This document shows positions 1 to 12,200 of a DNA stretch of 64,000 bases, one piece after another (positions within the stretch are counted from its first letter, which is position 1; each line of letters begins with the position of its first letter). Made by a program: the position numbers and the translations under genes. The DNA is from Octopus sinensis (taxonomy: Eukaryota). The stretch covers positions 21,204,001-21,268,000 of the forward strand of contig NC_043022.1 of assembly GCF_006345805.1 (NCBI RefSeq), in the 5' to 3' direction. The notes beneath the pieces were generated by a model that saw only the letters and a program-made list of their open reading frames with translations, had not been told where the DNA came from and made no database searches.

Positions 1-36
1 GTTTATGATTCATGTGTGAGTGTGTGTTCTTGATAC

Positions 37-520
37 TCGTTTAGAACAAGTAGTTTTACACCAATTACACTATTTTTTCTTAGTTTAAAGGCCGTGGACT
101 GAAGATGTGAAATTTCCGAAGCCTCTCCCCCACCCCCCTTTCGCGAGCGCGCATTTTTTTCATGATAGTCGATTAGAGCAAGTTGTTTTACACCTATTAC
201 GCTGTTTTTGTTTTTGTGCCCGGTTCAGACGCTTTCGGAAATTCCCGATATAAATATTCCGAGGCCTCTCCCCCACCCCTCTTTCTCGAGAGCGCATTTT
301 TTTTTTGTCATATTCGTTTAGAGCAAGTTGTTTTACACATATTACACTATTTTTTTTTTTGTTTTGGTGCCCGGGTCAGCTCCTCAGACGCTTTCGGAAC
401 TTCCCGATGTGAATTTTCCGAGGCCTCTCCCCCACCCCCCTTTCGCGTGCGCGAATTTTTTTTTTCATATTCGTTCATAGGAAGTTGTTTTACACCTATT
501 ACACACATTTTTTTTTTGAT
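37..520. repeat. Tandem repeat of ~140-160 bp units (3 full units plus a partial)
   Basis: Recurring tcgtttagagcaagttgttttacac...ttccgaggcctctccccca. Confidence 0.8.
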
Positions 521-554
521 TTTCTGATATTTGTTACGCCCTATATTAACCAAC

Positions 555-919
555 TTGTCACCCATAATTATGACCCTAGTATCGATCTATTGCATTTCAA
601 TTTGTTTTAGGGTTAGGGTTACGGTTAAGGGAAGGGTATCTTTTTTTTCTTCACAAATGTAAATAAACCCAATCTGTTTCTTAAACGAGGGACGTATTCA
701 TACGGCACAGAATTTTACCTCAATAGACGTCAGTGGTCGGTTGAAATTGCAGAAATTGAAGAAAAAGAATAACAAATATCTTACAAACCATAGAATTTTC
801 TCGATAAAGCCAAGAGAAAAAGATGTTTTATAAACGCATTCTACCAGTATACGAAGTTTAAAAGTGTTTAGTTACGTGGAAATTATTTTAAAAAACTGCC
901 GTTCAAACCGAAAAGATCC
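555..919 (+). mobile_element. Partial TTAGGG-containing MITE (one TIR only)
   Basis: Same body as 17876-18294, ends ctgccgttcaaaccgaaaagatcc. Confidence 0.8.
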
Positions 920-1689
920 CAATGTAAAATATAAACTATGTAAACAAACAAAACGAACGGACGAAATATACCTTTTAAAGAAATCAATTATTACTTTTCT
1001 TAATCGTTTTTTACAACGCAATACTACTAAGAAATATTCAACCTTAAATAACAAGATGACCTTTAGGCGGATTCTCACCCGGGTGGTTGATTAAGATAGC
1101 TAGACACAGTTAACTCTCTTTCTCTCTGTATCACACAGTTTAATGACATACCCTCTTACTCTGGTGTATGCATTAGTGTAATGTAATAGTCCTAATAGTT
1201 ATTATTACACAATACTTGCAGGTAACAATCTTATATACTTCTGTTACATAATAATTCCATTAATATCTTGAATGCCTTTCACAGGAATATGGTAACCTTT
1301 CATATTCATTATATCCCTTCCTTCTCTCTACTACTAGGGAATAAACCCCCCTTGATGGCCAAATTGCCCTCGAATTACGGCCACATCGACTTAAGGAAAA
1401 ATATTGCATTAATAAAATGTAATCCTAGATATACCCTAAATAAGACAGGATGGTCATAACTGGAAATGCTTTTGATCATATACAGGCCAGCATGACCAGA
1501 GTTGACCTGGGGCTAAATACTATCACCATCTCCAACAGCAACGACAGTGACCCTTCGATTGCCAGTCCTTAAGTTCAAGAATTCGCAGATGTTTGACCTT
1601 TGTTTTAAAAAAAATTTTTGAGGACAGATAGCAAAAACAACAATAACAACAATAAACAAAGAATAACAAATAAACACCACTTGCCTTCT

Positions 1690-1778
1690 TAATGTGTGTA
1701 CTGCAAGTAGGCGGACACGCTACTTGAAACCAAGATCACACAGTCCGCAGCTGAGTTATGGTGAGAGGATGTGGGAAG
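1690..1778 (+). other. Candidate LSG1 non-coding 5' UTR exon (start approximate)
   Basis: Strong donor AAG|GTAAGC at 1778/1779; matching polypyrimidine acceptor ttcttctcctcgtgtttttgccag at 3159, 42 nt before the ATG. Confidence 0.45.
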
Positions 1779-1882
1779 GTAAGCACATGTGGGGGAGAAG
1801 CACCAAATAATAAGATTTGTCTGCAGAAGCAAATTTTTTCTACCACTACATCAATAGATTATAATTTACGAATTGAAAACGC

Positions 1883-2537
1883 GGATCTTTTCGGTTTGAA
1901 CGGCAGTTTTTTTCTAGCGGTGTCATATGAAATTGTCACCCATAATTATGACCCTAGAATCGATCTATTGCATTTCAATCTGTTTTAGGGTTAGGGTTAG
2001 GGTTAGGGGTGGGGGGAAGGGTATCTTTTTTCTTCACAAATGTAAATAAACCCAATCTGTTTCTTAACCCTTTCGTTACTGAATTTATTTTGAGATCCTC
2101 AGTGTTTCTTCCAATTATGTTAAATATAACAAAGAATTAAGTAAAATAACATCGTTATCATTAAGCTAGAGTTAGGGACATAAATTGTGACTAAGGTTTG
2201 GTGGAAGGTTTTAATTCAGAACTTTTGAAAACCAGACATTTGTACTAAAGAGCCAAAGCCGGTTTCAGCCGGGTTGGTAACAACGAGGGACATATTCATA
2301 CGGCACAGAATGCTTTTTACCTCAATAGACGTCAGTGATTGTTTGAAATTGCAGAAATTGAAGAAAAACAAACAACAAATATCTTACAAACTATAAAATT
2401 TTCTCAATAAAGCCGAGAGAAAAAGATATTTTATAAACACATTCGGCGATCTTTCATTCTACCAGTATACGAAATTTAAAAGTGCTTGGTTACAAAGAAA
2501 TTATTTTTTAAATCTGCCGTTCAAACCGAAAAGATCC
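1883..2537 (+). mobile_element. TTAGGG-containing MITE with both TIRs, interrupted by a piggyBac-like MITE at about 2068-2281
   Basis: TIR GGATCTTTTCGGTTTGAACGGCAG at both ends; (TTAGGG)4 at about 1985-2008. Confidence 0.85.
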
Positions 2538-3201
2538 CAAACCCTAACCCTAACACCCCATATATATATTTCTCTTTTACTTGTTTCAGTCATTTGACTG
2601 CGGCCATGCTGGAGCACCGCCTTTAATCGAGCAACTCGACCGCGGCACTTATTCTTTTGTAAGCCCAGTACTTATTCTATCGGTCTCTTTTGCCGAACCG
2701 CTAAGTAACGGGGACATAAACACACCAGCATCGGTTGTCAAGCAATGCTAGGGGGACAAACACAGACACACAAACACACACACGCATATATATATATACA
2801 TATATACGACGGGCTTCTTTTCAGTTTCCGTCTACCAAATCCACTCACAAGGCTTTGGTCGGCCCGAGGCTATAGTAGAAGATATATATATATATATAAA
2901 AAAGAAACACTTTCTTGAAATATATCCGATACTTCCGAAGTTACGCCGAAATTTGAAATATCTAGCTCCAGGATGGCCGGAGTCCAATGCCCGAAACAAT
3001 TAAGATACCAGATAATTAAAAATAATTAATAAAAAGAAGCTACTTGTTCGTGTGAGGTCCTAGAGTTAGGCTGACTGTAACATAAGGCTTTTACTATAAA
3101 GTATCTGTAGAGTTATCCACTCTTCGTTAATCAATTTCTTCTCCTCGTGTTTTTGCCAGAAGAAAAAAAGGCTTTAATTGATGTGATTTTATTGTTTAAT
3201 A

Positions 3202-3291
3202 ATGGGCAAGAACGACAAGGGCCAAGTTCTTGGTCGTAGTATTATCAAGGAAAGATTCGCTAAGAAGAAACACGGAGGACAGAAATGTTTT
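3202..3291 (+). CDS. LSG1: LSG1 coding exon 1 (MGKNDKGQVLGRSIIKERFAKKKHGGQKCF)
   Basis: ATG at 3202, donor GTGAGT at 3292, phase 0; LGRSIIK resembles the LSG1 N-terminus. Confidence 0.88.
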
Positions 3292-6200
3292 GTGAGTATA
3301 TAATTTAATTTTTTTTTAATAATATTGTGTAATATGTTCCGTTGTTTAAAATTACACCCACAAGCGTTGGCACATATTTCTCCGTCTTAACTTTATTGTT
3401 TACGTGGTCGAAGGTTGGTCGATGAATTAAGTACCAGTTGCGTACTGGGATCAATGTAATCGACTAGTCACCTCCCCCGACCCCACCGATCGCCAAGGAA
3501 CATTGTTTTTCATATTCGTTTAACATGTTGTTCTATACCTATTGCACTATTTTTGGGGGGGTTAATGTTTAGATGTAAACATTAACCTTTCTTTTTTGGG
3601 CGATCCTTCGGTATAGGTACCGTAAGTATCGGAAGTGGCTTTGTTTACGTTTCTGAAGATAACAGAAACCCTTTTCCTCCCACCCCTAACCCTAACCCTT
3701 GATCTTTTTAAATGAAATTTTGGACCTTTTCGGTTTGAACGGCAGTTTTTTAAAAATAATTTCCACGTAACTAAACACTTTTAAACTTCGTATACTGGTA
3801 GAATGTGTTTATAAAACATCTTTTTCTCTTGGCTTTATTGAGAAAATTCTATAGTTTGTAAGATATTTGTTTTTTTTCTTCAATTTCTGCAATTTCAACC
3901 AATCAATGACGTCTATTGAGGTGAAAACATTCTGTGTCGTATGAATATGTCCTTCGTTTAAGAAACAGATTGGGTTTATTTACATTTGTGAAGAAAAAAA
4001 GATACCATTCCCCCCACCCCTAACGATTGAAATGCAATAGATCGATACTAGGGTCATAATTATGGGTGACAATTTCATATGACACCGCTTACAAACTATA
4101 GAATTTTCTGAATAAAGCCAAGAGAAAAAGATGTTTTATAAACACATTCTACCAGTATACGAAGTTTAAAATTGTTTAGTTACATGGAAATTGACCCCAG
4201 CATGCAACAGGTACTTGTTGACCCCGAAATGATGAAAGGCAAAGTTGACCTCGGCGGAATTTGAACTCAGAACGTAAAGACCAAAGAAATACTGCTAAGC
4301 ATTTCGCCCGATGTGCTAATGTTTCTGCCAGCTCACCGCCTTAGAATTTCTCATTTATTATTATAGATGTGTTTACCTTTTTTGTCATTTTCTTCTTCAG
4401 GTACATACAAGTGAACTGAACGATGGCTATGAGTGGGGCCGGCTCAACCTTGCATCTGTTACTGAACAGAGTAACCTGGAAGACTTCCTTGCCACTGCAG
4501 AATTAGCAGGCACAGAGTTTACTGCTGGTAAATACATCTGGACTGTTTTTATTTATTTTGTAGTGTAATTTAGTCTCCAATAGCTGAGATACCAGGACAT
4601 ACATACATGTATGTATACATACATACATGCATGCATGCAAGAGTGGTTGTATTGTTTGCTTTATATGTATCCATTTAATTTTTCTCGATATTTTTATTTA
4701 TTTTTTGTTTTTCTACTTTTTTTTTGGCAGAAAAACTTAATGTAAAATTTATTGACCGCCCAAATGACAGTGGTTTGCCAAGTGCAGATGAACTGAAGCT
4801 TGTGAAAGCAGTCCAAGACAAAAATAAAGAATTGCTACGAATTCCTCGAAGGTTTGTTTCTATTGATTTATTTTATGTCACATTTGGTAAACTATAACAG
4901 TGTTGATTGCAGATTTTCATCATCATCGTTTAATGTCCGCTTTCCATGCTAGCCTTGGTTGGATGGTTCAACTAGGGTCTGGGAAGCCAGGAGGCTGCAC
5001 CAGGCTCCAGTCTGATCTGGCAGTGTTTCTACAGCTGGATGCCTTTACTATTGCCAACCACTCCGTGAGTGTTGTGGGTGCTTTTTACGTGCCACCGGCA
5101 CAGGTGCTAGACGAGGCTGGCAACGGCCATGATCGGTTGGTGCTTTTTACGTGCCACCGGCACAGAGGCCAGTCGAGGCGGCGTTGGCAATGGCCACGTT
5201 CAGATGGTTCTTTTACGTACCATCGGCACAGGTGCCAGGCGAGGCTGGCAACGGCCACAATCGGTTGGTGCTTTTTATATGCCACCGGCACAGAGGCCAG
5301 TCGGGATGGCGCTGGCAACAGCCACGTTCGGTTGGTTCTTTTACGTGCCACCGGCACTGGTATCACAACTACAATTTCCATTGATTTTTGAGCAATTTCT
5401 GTGAATGAAAAGTTTATTGCCTTCCTGGTGATGAGAGAGAAACAAAGGAGTGTTTGCTACACATTGGCAAACAAATATCACGAAGGACTGTTGAAAGAAC
5501 CCCACCTTATGGCTATTCTTGCCAGTGTTTATGTCCTTTGCTGAAATATATACATATGTACACATAGAGCTATACACACACACACACACATATGGGTGTG
5601 TTTTAAGGCGGCGAGCTGGCAGAAACGTTAGCACGCCGGGCGAAGTACGTAGCCGTATTTCGTCTGCCGCTACATTCTGAGTTCAAATTCCGCTGAGGTC
5701 GACTTTGCCTTTCATCTTTTTGGGGTCGATAAATTAAGTACCAGTTATGCACTGGGGTCAATGTAATCGACTTAATCCGTTTGTCCGTCCTTGTTTGTCC
5801 TCTCTGTGTTTAGCCCCTTGTGGGTAGTAAAGAAATAGGTATTTCGTGTGGCTTTACGTTAAGGCGGTGAGCTGGCAGAATCGTTAGTACGCCGGGCGAA
5901 ATGTTTTGTGGTATTTCATCTGCCGCTACATTCTGAGTTCAAATTCCGCCGAAGTCGACTTTGCCTTTCATCCTTTCGGGGTCGAAATTAAGTACCAGTT
6001 ACGCACTGGGGTCGATATAATCGACTTAATCCGTTTGTCTGTCCTTGTTTGTCCCCTCTGTGTTTACCCCTTTGTGAGTAGTAAAGAAATAGGTATTTCG
6101 TCTGGCGCTACGTTCTGAGTTCAAATTCTGCCGTGGTTGACTTTGCCTTTCATCCTTTCGGGGTCGATAAATTAAGTACCAGTTACACACTGGGGTCGAT

Positions 6201-9200
6201 ATAATCGACTTAATCCGTTTGTCCCCTCTGTGTTTAGCCCCTTGTGGGTAGTAAAGAAATAGGTATTTTGTCAGCCGCTACATTCTGAGTTCAAATTCCG
6301 CCGAGGTCGACTTTGCCTTTCATCCTTTCAGGGTCGATAAATTAAGTACCAGTTACGCACTGGGGTCGATGTAATCGACTTAATCCGTTTGTCTGTCCTT
6401 GTTTGTCCCCTCTGTCTTTAGCCCCTTGTGGGTAGTAAAGAAATAATATATGTGTGTGTCTGTGAGAGAGAAAGAGCATGTGTAAATTTATTCATTTAAA
6501 TTTTTTATTTTTTAATCCTCACTTTGTCTTTCTCTGTATTTTTTCTCTGCAGGCCTGACTGGGATTCCAACACAACACCTGAAGAACTTGCTGCCAAGGA
6601 ACGAGAACTCTTTCTTCTGTGGAGGAAGAGTCTGTCTTTGTAAGTATTTATCTGTATTTTATAAATATTGTTGTTATTTCTCTTCACCTTACTTTGTTAA
6701 ACCTTTTGTTATTATATTTCTGTTGGATTAAACTGCTGTTCATTTAGTTACTTTTGAATTTATTGAAGAATTGAGTAAAATAACTTAGGCATTATTAATC
6801 CTTTAACCCTTTCATTACTGTATTTATTTTGAGATGCTCTGTGTTTCTTTCAATTACTTTAAATATAACAAAGAATTTAGTAAAATAACTTAGTTATCAT
6901 TCAGCTAATGTTAGGAACATAAATTGTGACTAAGGTTTGGTGGAAAATTTTAATTCAGAACTTTTGGAAACAAAACATTTGTAGTCAGAGCCAGGGCCAG
7001 TTTCAGCTGGGTTGGTAACGAAAAGGTTAACATTTAAACTTGCCATATCTGGCCAAAATATTCTCTCCGTTTTATGTTCAAACTGGTCAGATGTAGTCTT
7101 TCACATCCAGGGCAGTTGAGTCAGATTCGTGGAGTTGGAGTCTGTAAAACTATACCAACTCCAACATCTTTATTCTTTAATATAAACCAGTTATAACATA
7201 TAGGCCTTCTCAGAGGGCAAGCGTATGCATATGCTGTATGAGATATGTGGACCACAATCACTTAATTACATAAAGAGGAGCTAGAGGTGCCAATAGTTCA
7301 GGAGACTGTGGAATAAATGATAATCAGATGGGGCAATGTCCGGCAAATATGGTGGGTGGGGCATCGTTTGCCATTCAAACTGCTCCAGCCTTTGGAATAT
7401 CATCCTTGCTGTCTGTGGCTGAACATTATCCTGATGGAAGAACACCTTTTGTTTTGAAACCAAAGATGGTTGTTTTTGTTCTAGCGCTGACTTAAGCTGC
7501 TCAGGCTGCTCGCAGTCGACCTCCTGTATTACAGTTTAGTTTGGGTTTATAAGTTCAAAGTGGACTAAATTTCTCATATCTCACCAAACAGATAACAACA
7601 CCTTACATGGGTGAAGACCTTTAGCCTGGGGTGCTGGTGTTTCTCTTTTCCCTACCCACTGTCTTCGGCGCTTGCCATTTTTATACAGAACCCATTTCTC
7701 ATCACAAGTCACTATTCAATCCAAAAAAAGGTACGTTTAGAGACGTGACAGCAAAGAAGAGCACACCTTAAATCTGCACATGATTAAACTTGGAAAGTTT
7801 GTGAGGAACTCATTGACCCAATTTGCTGACTTTTCCGATGACATGCAGGTGTCAATGAATGGTTGAATGACCAAATCCAAGCTTCTCTGCTAGTTCCTCA
7901 ATAGTTATGCTCTATAGATCTTCCAGGACGAGGCTCATCTTCTAAGCTGTAGTTTCTGACTTGGAATTTCTGGAACCATTGTTGACACTGTCTTATGCTT
8001 ATTGTTTGATCCTATATACTGCATTAACATTCTTTGCACTTTCCGTTGTGCTGTTGCCTTTATTGGACCCCTAAAGCAAAATATGCCAAATATGCTCCTT
8101 TGTTACTTCCATTATAGCTGTGAACAAATAACTGTTAAAATCAAACTGCACTCTTCAAAACATGCACTAAGAATAAGTACAAGGTAAAATTACTACCTGC
8201 AATTACTATAGCAAGTTGATGCGGGTAGTTTATCCCGTCCCCCTCCAACTTTTAGTTCATGCAATATGACCCTATATATTTATGTTTCCAAAAGGTTACA
8301 AGCAGAAGACCATGTTACATTGACTCCGTACGAAAAAAATCTGGACTTCTGGAGACAACTTTGGCGTGTTCTTGAACGAAGGTAACTTTTCTATTTATTT
8401 ACAAATTTTTATTGTTACTGATGTTGTTTAGCCTAAGTCAACCCATATTTGACAGGCCTGTAATCAAAGACATTCCCACCATGACCATCCTGCGTGCAGC
8501 AGATCTAGGATCCTTTGATGGTTTTTTACTTCTCAACTGCCACCCTTCATATGCTTCACATGTCAATACCAGTTACGCACTGGGGTCGATGTAATCGACT
8601 TAATCTGTTTGTCCCTTCTGTGTTTAGCCCCTTGTTGGTAGTAAAGAAATAGGTATGAAGCTTGCTTCACAACCACATGGTTCCATGTTCAGTCTCACTG
8701 CGTGGCACCTTGGGCAGCTGTCTTCTAACATAGCCTCAGGCCAACCAAAGCCTTATCAGTGGATTTGGTCGACGGAAACTGAAATGATATGTGTGTGTGT
8801 GTGTGTGTATTTATGTATATATCTATGTGTGCGTGTCTTTGTGTCTGTGTTTGTTCCTTGACAACCGGTGGTGGTGTATTTATACCTGTGTAATTTAACG
8901 GTGTGGCTAAAGAGACTGATAGAATAATTAGTAGGCTTAAAAAAATAAGTCCTGGGATTGATTTGTTAGACTAAAACCTTTCAAGGTGGTGCTCCAGCAT
9001 GGCTGCAGTCAAATGATTGAGACAAGTTAAAAAAAGAATATATGCATATGTGCATACATACATATTCCCAGTGGTAGGTTGTGACTTATATATATATGTG
9101 ATATATCCTAGTAACGCGGCGAGCTGGCAGAATCGTTAGCACGTCGGGCGAAATGCTTAGCGGTATTTCGTCTGCCGCTACGTTCTGAGTTCAAATTCCG

Positions 9201-12200
9201 CTGAGGTTGACTTTGCCTTTCATCCTTTCGGGGTCGATTAAATAAGTACCAGTTACGCACTGGGGTCGATATAATTGGATTAATCCGACTAAACATACAC
9301 ACACACACGCACTCTATCTCTCTCTCTCTCATAAACATAAACTTCCTCACTCTGTAATGTGGTTTTGTCCTTTCCTGATGTGGCTGTTATTTTTAGCCAA
9401 TGATGATTTCCTCTTTCAGTGATGTGATTGTGCAGATTGTAGATGCAAGAAACCCTTTACTGTTTCGCTGCCAAGATGTTGAGAAATACGTCCATGAGAT
9501 AGATTCTACCAAAGTCAATGTTATTCTAATCAACAAAGCTGATTTCTTGACAGAGAAACAGAGGTAAATATCCACATTATTACAATTCTTATGGTGTTGT
9601 TGTCCTATAGGCAGTGAGCTGGCAGAAACGTTAGCACACCGGACGAAATGCCGTTACATTCTGAGTTCAAATTCCACCGAGGTCAACTTTGCCTTAAATA
9701 TTTAAACCACCTGAAGAATGACTGTAACTCGAAATTTTAAGAATTGGACAGCCATGAAACGATCGTAGTGTTATATTAATTATCTTTTTTAATAATTTCG
9801 ATATATATTTAAATAATATAAATTAATTAATCTTATGTATTGGCTTAAGTTTTTCATTGTATGATTTGCCTAATAGTGGTTTTATCTCTAATTTAATATA
9901 ATATATATATATATATATATAATGTATATGTATATATAATGTGTGTATGTGTAATATGTTTCTCTCTTTTTCTCAATGCAGGCAATATTGGGCCAAGTAC
10001 TTCTCTGCTGAAGGAGTCAGGGTTGCTTTTTGGTCAGCCATAGAAGAAACTAAGAAACATCAACAGGTAAGGAAATAATATTTTACTCTAATTTAGCTCG
10101 AGAATATAATTCCATGGAACATTCCAGATCACAGTCAAAAACAATTTTTATTGAAAACCGAAAACAGTGAATTGATGATGATGAACTTACGGGATCTGCT
10201 GCGTTTGTGTGTTTCTCCCCTGTGTTCACTGATTTGTAAACAATGTCTCCCTTGCATGTTTTGCTTATTTACCTGATCAATAGACTGGGAGATTATTTAC
10301 GTCATTCGGAAACAGATCGGAGTTAGCTGAGTCATGCAAGCATGGAGATTTAAAAATAATGATGGTGGTGGTGTTGGTAGTGATGGTGGTGGTGGTGATG
10401 GTGGTGATGATGATGATGATACGCAGCCCCATGTTTTGGTAATCAGATGGACCACACAGATTTTTGGCCCCTTCCCTTACCTTCACAAAAATTACACTTG
10501 AATATCTGTTTTGTTATTTATCTATTTACTTATTCTGTTGTGTCTGGGGAGACTAATTCTCTTTTAGTGCTTTATTATTTAACACACTCACCGGTAAAAT
10601 TTCCACTTATTTCTTATTTTTATTTTCTAAAATTTTCATTGTGTCTTGCAACCGGAAATTTTACCGGTGAGTGTGTTAAATAATAAGGCACTAAAAGGGA
10701 ATGAATCTCCCCAGACACAACAAAACATGCTTCAACACACGAACTCACATAAAGAATCTTGCAAACCAAATCCAAAAACGAAATATTTACTTATTCTTTA
10801 TTATTTTATCTTCCAGATGTCCAAGACACAGGAACAAGAAAGGTCAGATATTCCTGAAGAGTTGAAAAAATTGGCAGAAAGTGTACAAGAAAATGCTGCT
10901 GTTGAAGAAGATGCTGTTGCCAGTCCTAACAATTCTACAGTTAAAGATGATGAGAAAGATGGCAATGATGCTGATAACCATGTGGGTGATTCAGTCAAAG
11001 ATCTTGGCAGTTCCTCAGCAGCTGAACCTGATCAAGCTGTTGTGCCTGAATCCACGACCACTGACATCAAGTCTGTAGAATTGGCCCCGGAGAGTCACAG
11101 TTCATGCCATGAAATGCAGTCAAAGACGAAAAGCGGTGTTGAAGAAATGATGAGTACTTTGTGCCTCTCTCCTCCCGATTCTCAAGAAGGCAGCTCAGTT
11201 GAGAAAGACAGTGTGAATACGGACTGTGAAGGAAAAGAAAATGAAGACGACAAAGATGGTGATGATGAGGATGAGGAAGATAGCCACCAGGTAATAACAG
11301 ATGCACAGGATACAAAGACTACTGCTCCATCACAAACCTGTGCCATAGAGAACTCAGCCGAAGTGCTGGACACACACAAGCTGCTAGAATTTCTGAAATC
11401 CCTTCATGTCGGTCCAACATATCAACCAGGTGTAACAACCTTAGGAATGGTAAGTTTAAGTAAGAGTTCTTTATTGTTTTATCATTGTTGTTGTTTTACG
11501 TCTGTTTCTTGATGTCGGCATTGGTTAGATCAGTTGATCTTTCTCAACCATCCTTTATTATGGCAAGGCACTGGCACATTTTATGTGAAAAGTCAAAAGC
11601 AACTGGTATGCATTGATGGGAAATTGTAGCTGTGTGATTAGTAAACTTTGCAACCTTATGGTTTTAGGTTCAATCCCACTGCATGTCATCTTGTATAACT
11701 TTCTTCTATTCAATCATTGGGTTGACCAATGCCTTGTGAGTGATTTTGTTAGACAGAACTGAGTTCAAATTCCGCCAAGGTCGACTTTGCCTTTCATCCT
11801 TTCGGGGTCGATAAATTAGGTACCAGTTAAACACACACAACGCTCGGTCTGGGAATCGAAACCGCGATCCTCCGACCGCGAGTTCGCTGCCCTAACCACT
11901 GGGCCATTGCGCCTCCACTTCTTGTTGCTGCTGCTTCTATTTCCCCAACATCATCATCATATTTTTATGAGTCTTCATCTTTCTTCAGGTTGGTTTCCCG
12001 AATGTCGGTAAAAGTTCCACCATCAACGCCATACTTCAAACTAAGAAGGTCCCAGTTTCTGCTACTCCAGGACGTACCAAACATTTTCAGGTAAAAGCCA
12101 ATTACATAACTGTCATACATTGCATGGGTCTACGTCCACGTGTGAGTTAGTGTATTGCAGTTTTATACATTTATGTAACTTATATTAATATTAGGTTGTT

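Noticed and set aside
607-630. TTAGGG runs as evidence of a chromosome end
   Set aside because: Only 2-4 units, and internal to a dispersed MITE
2958-3010. ctccaggatggc...gcccGAAACaattaag near the LSG1 start
   Set aside because: Resembles a hammerhead relic, but the core and stem III are too degenerate to call
5625-6445. Regularly spaced repeats resembling a CRISPR array
   Set aside because: Whole ~180-bp units repeat with no unique spacers; eukaryotic SINE multimer, no cas genes
10646-10816. 5' extension of the 288-aa ORF
   Set aside because: Intronic, overlaps a fold-back element; the exon starts at the acceptor at 10816
10817-11449. Large acidic insertion in LSG1 as a novelty
   Set aside because: LSG1 orthologs normally have a variable acidic linker between G5 and G1
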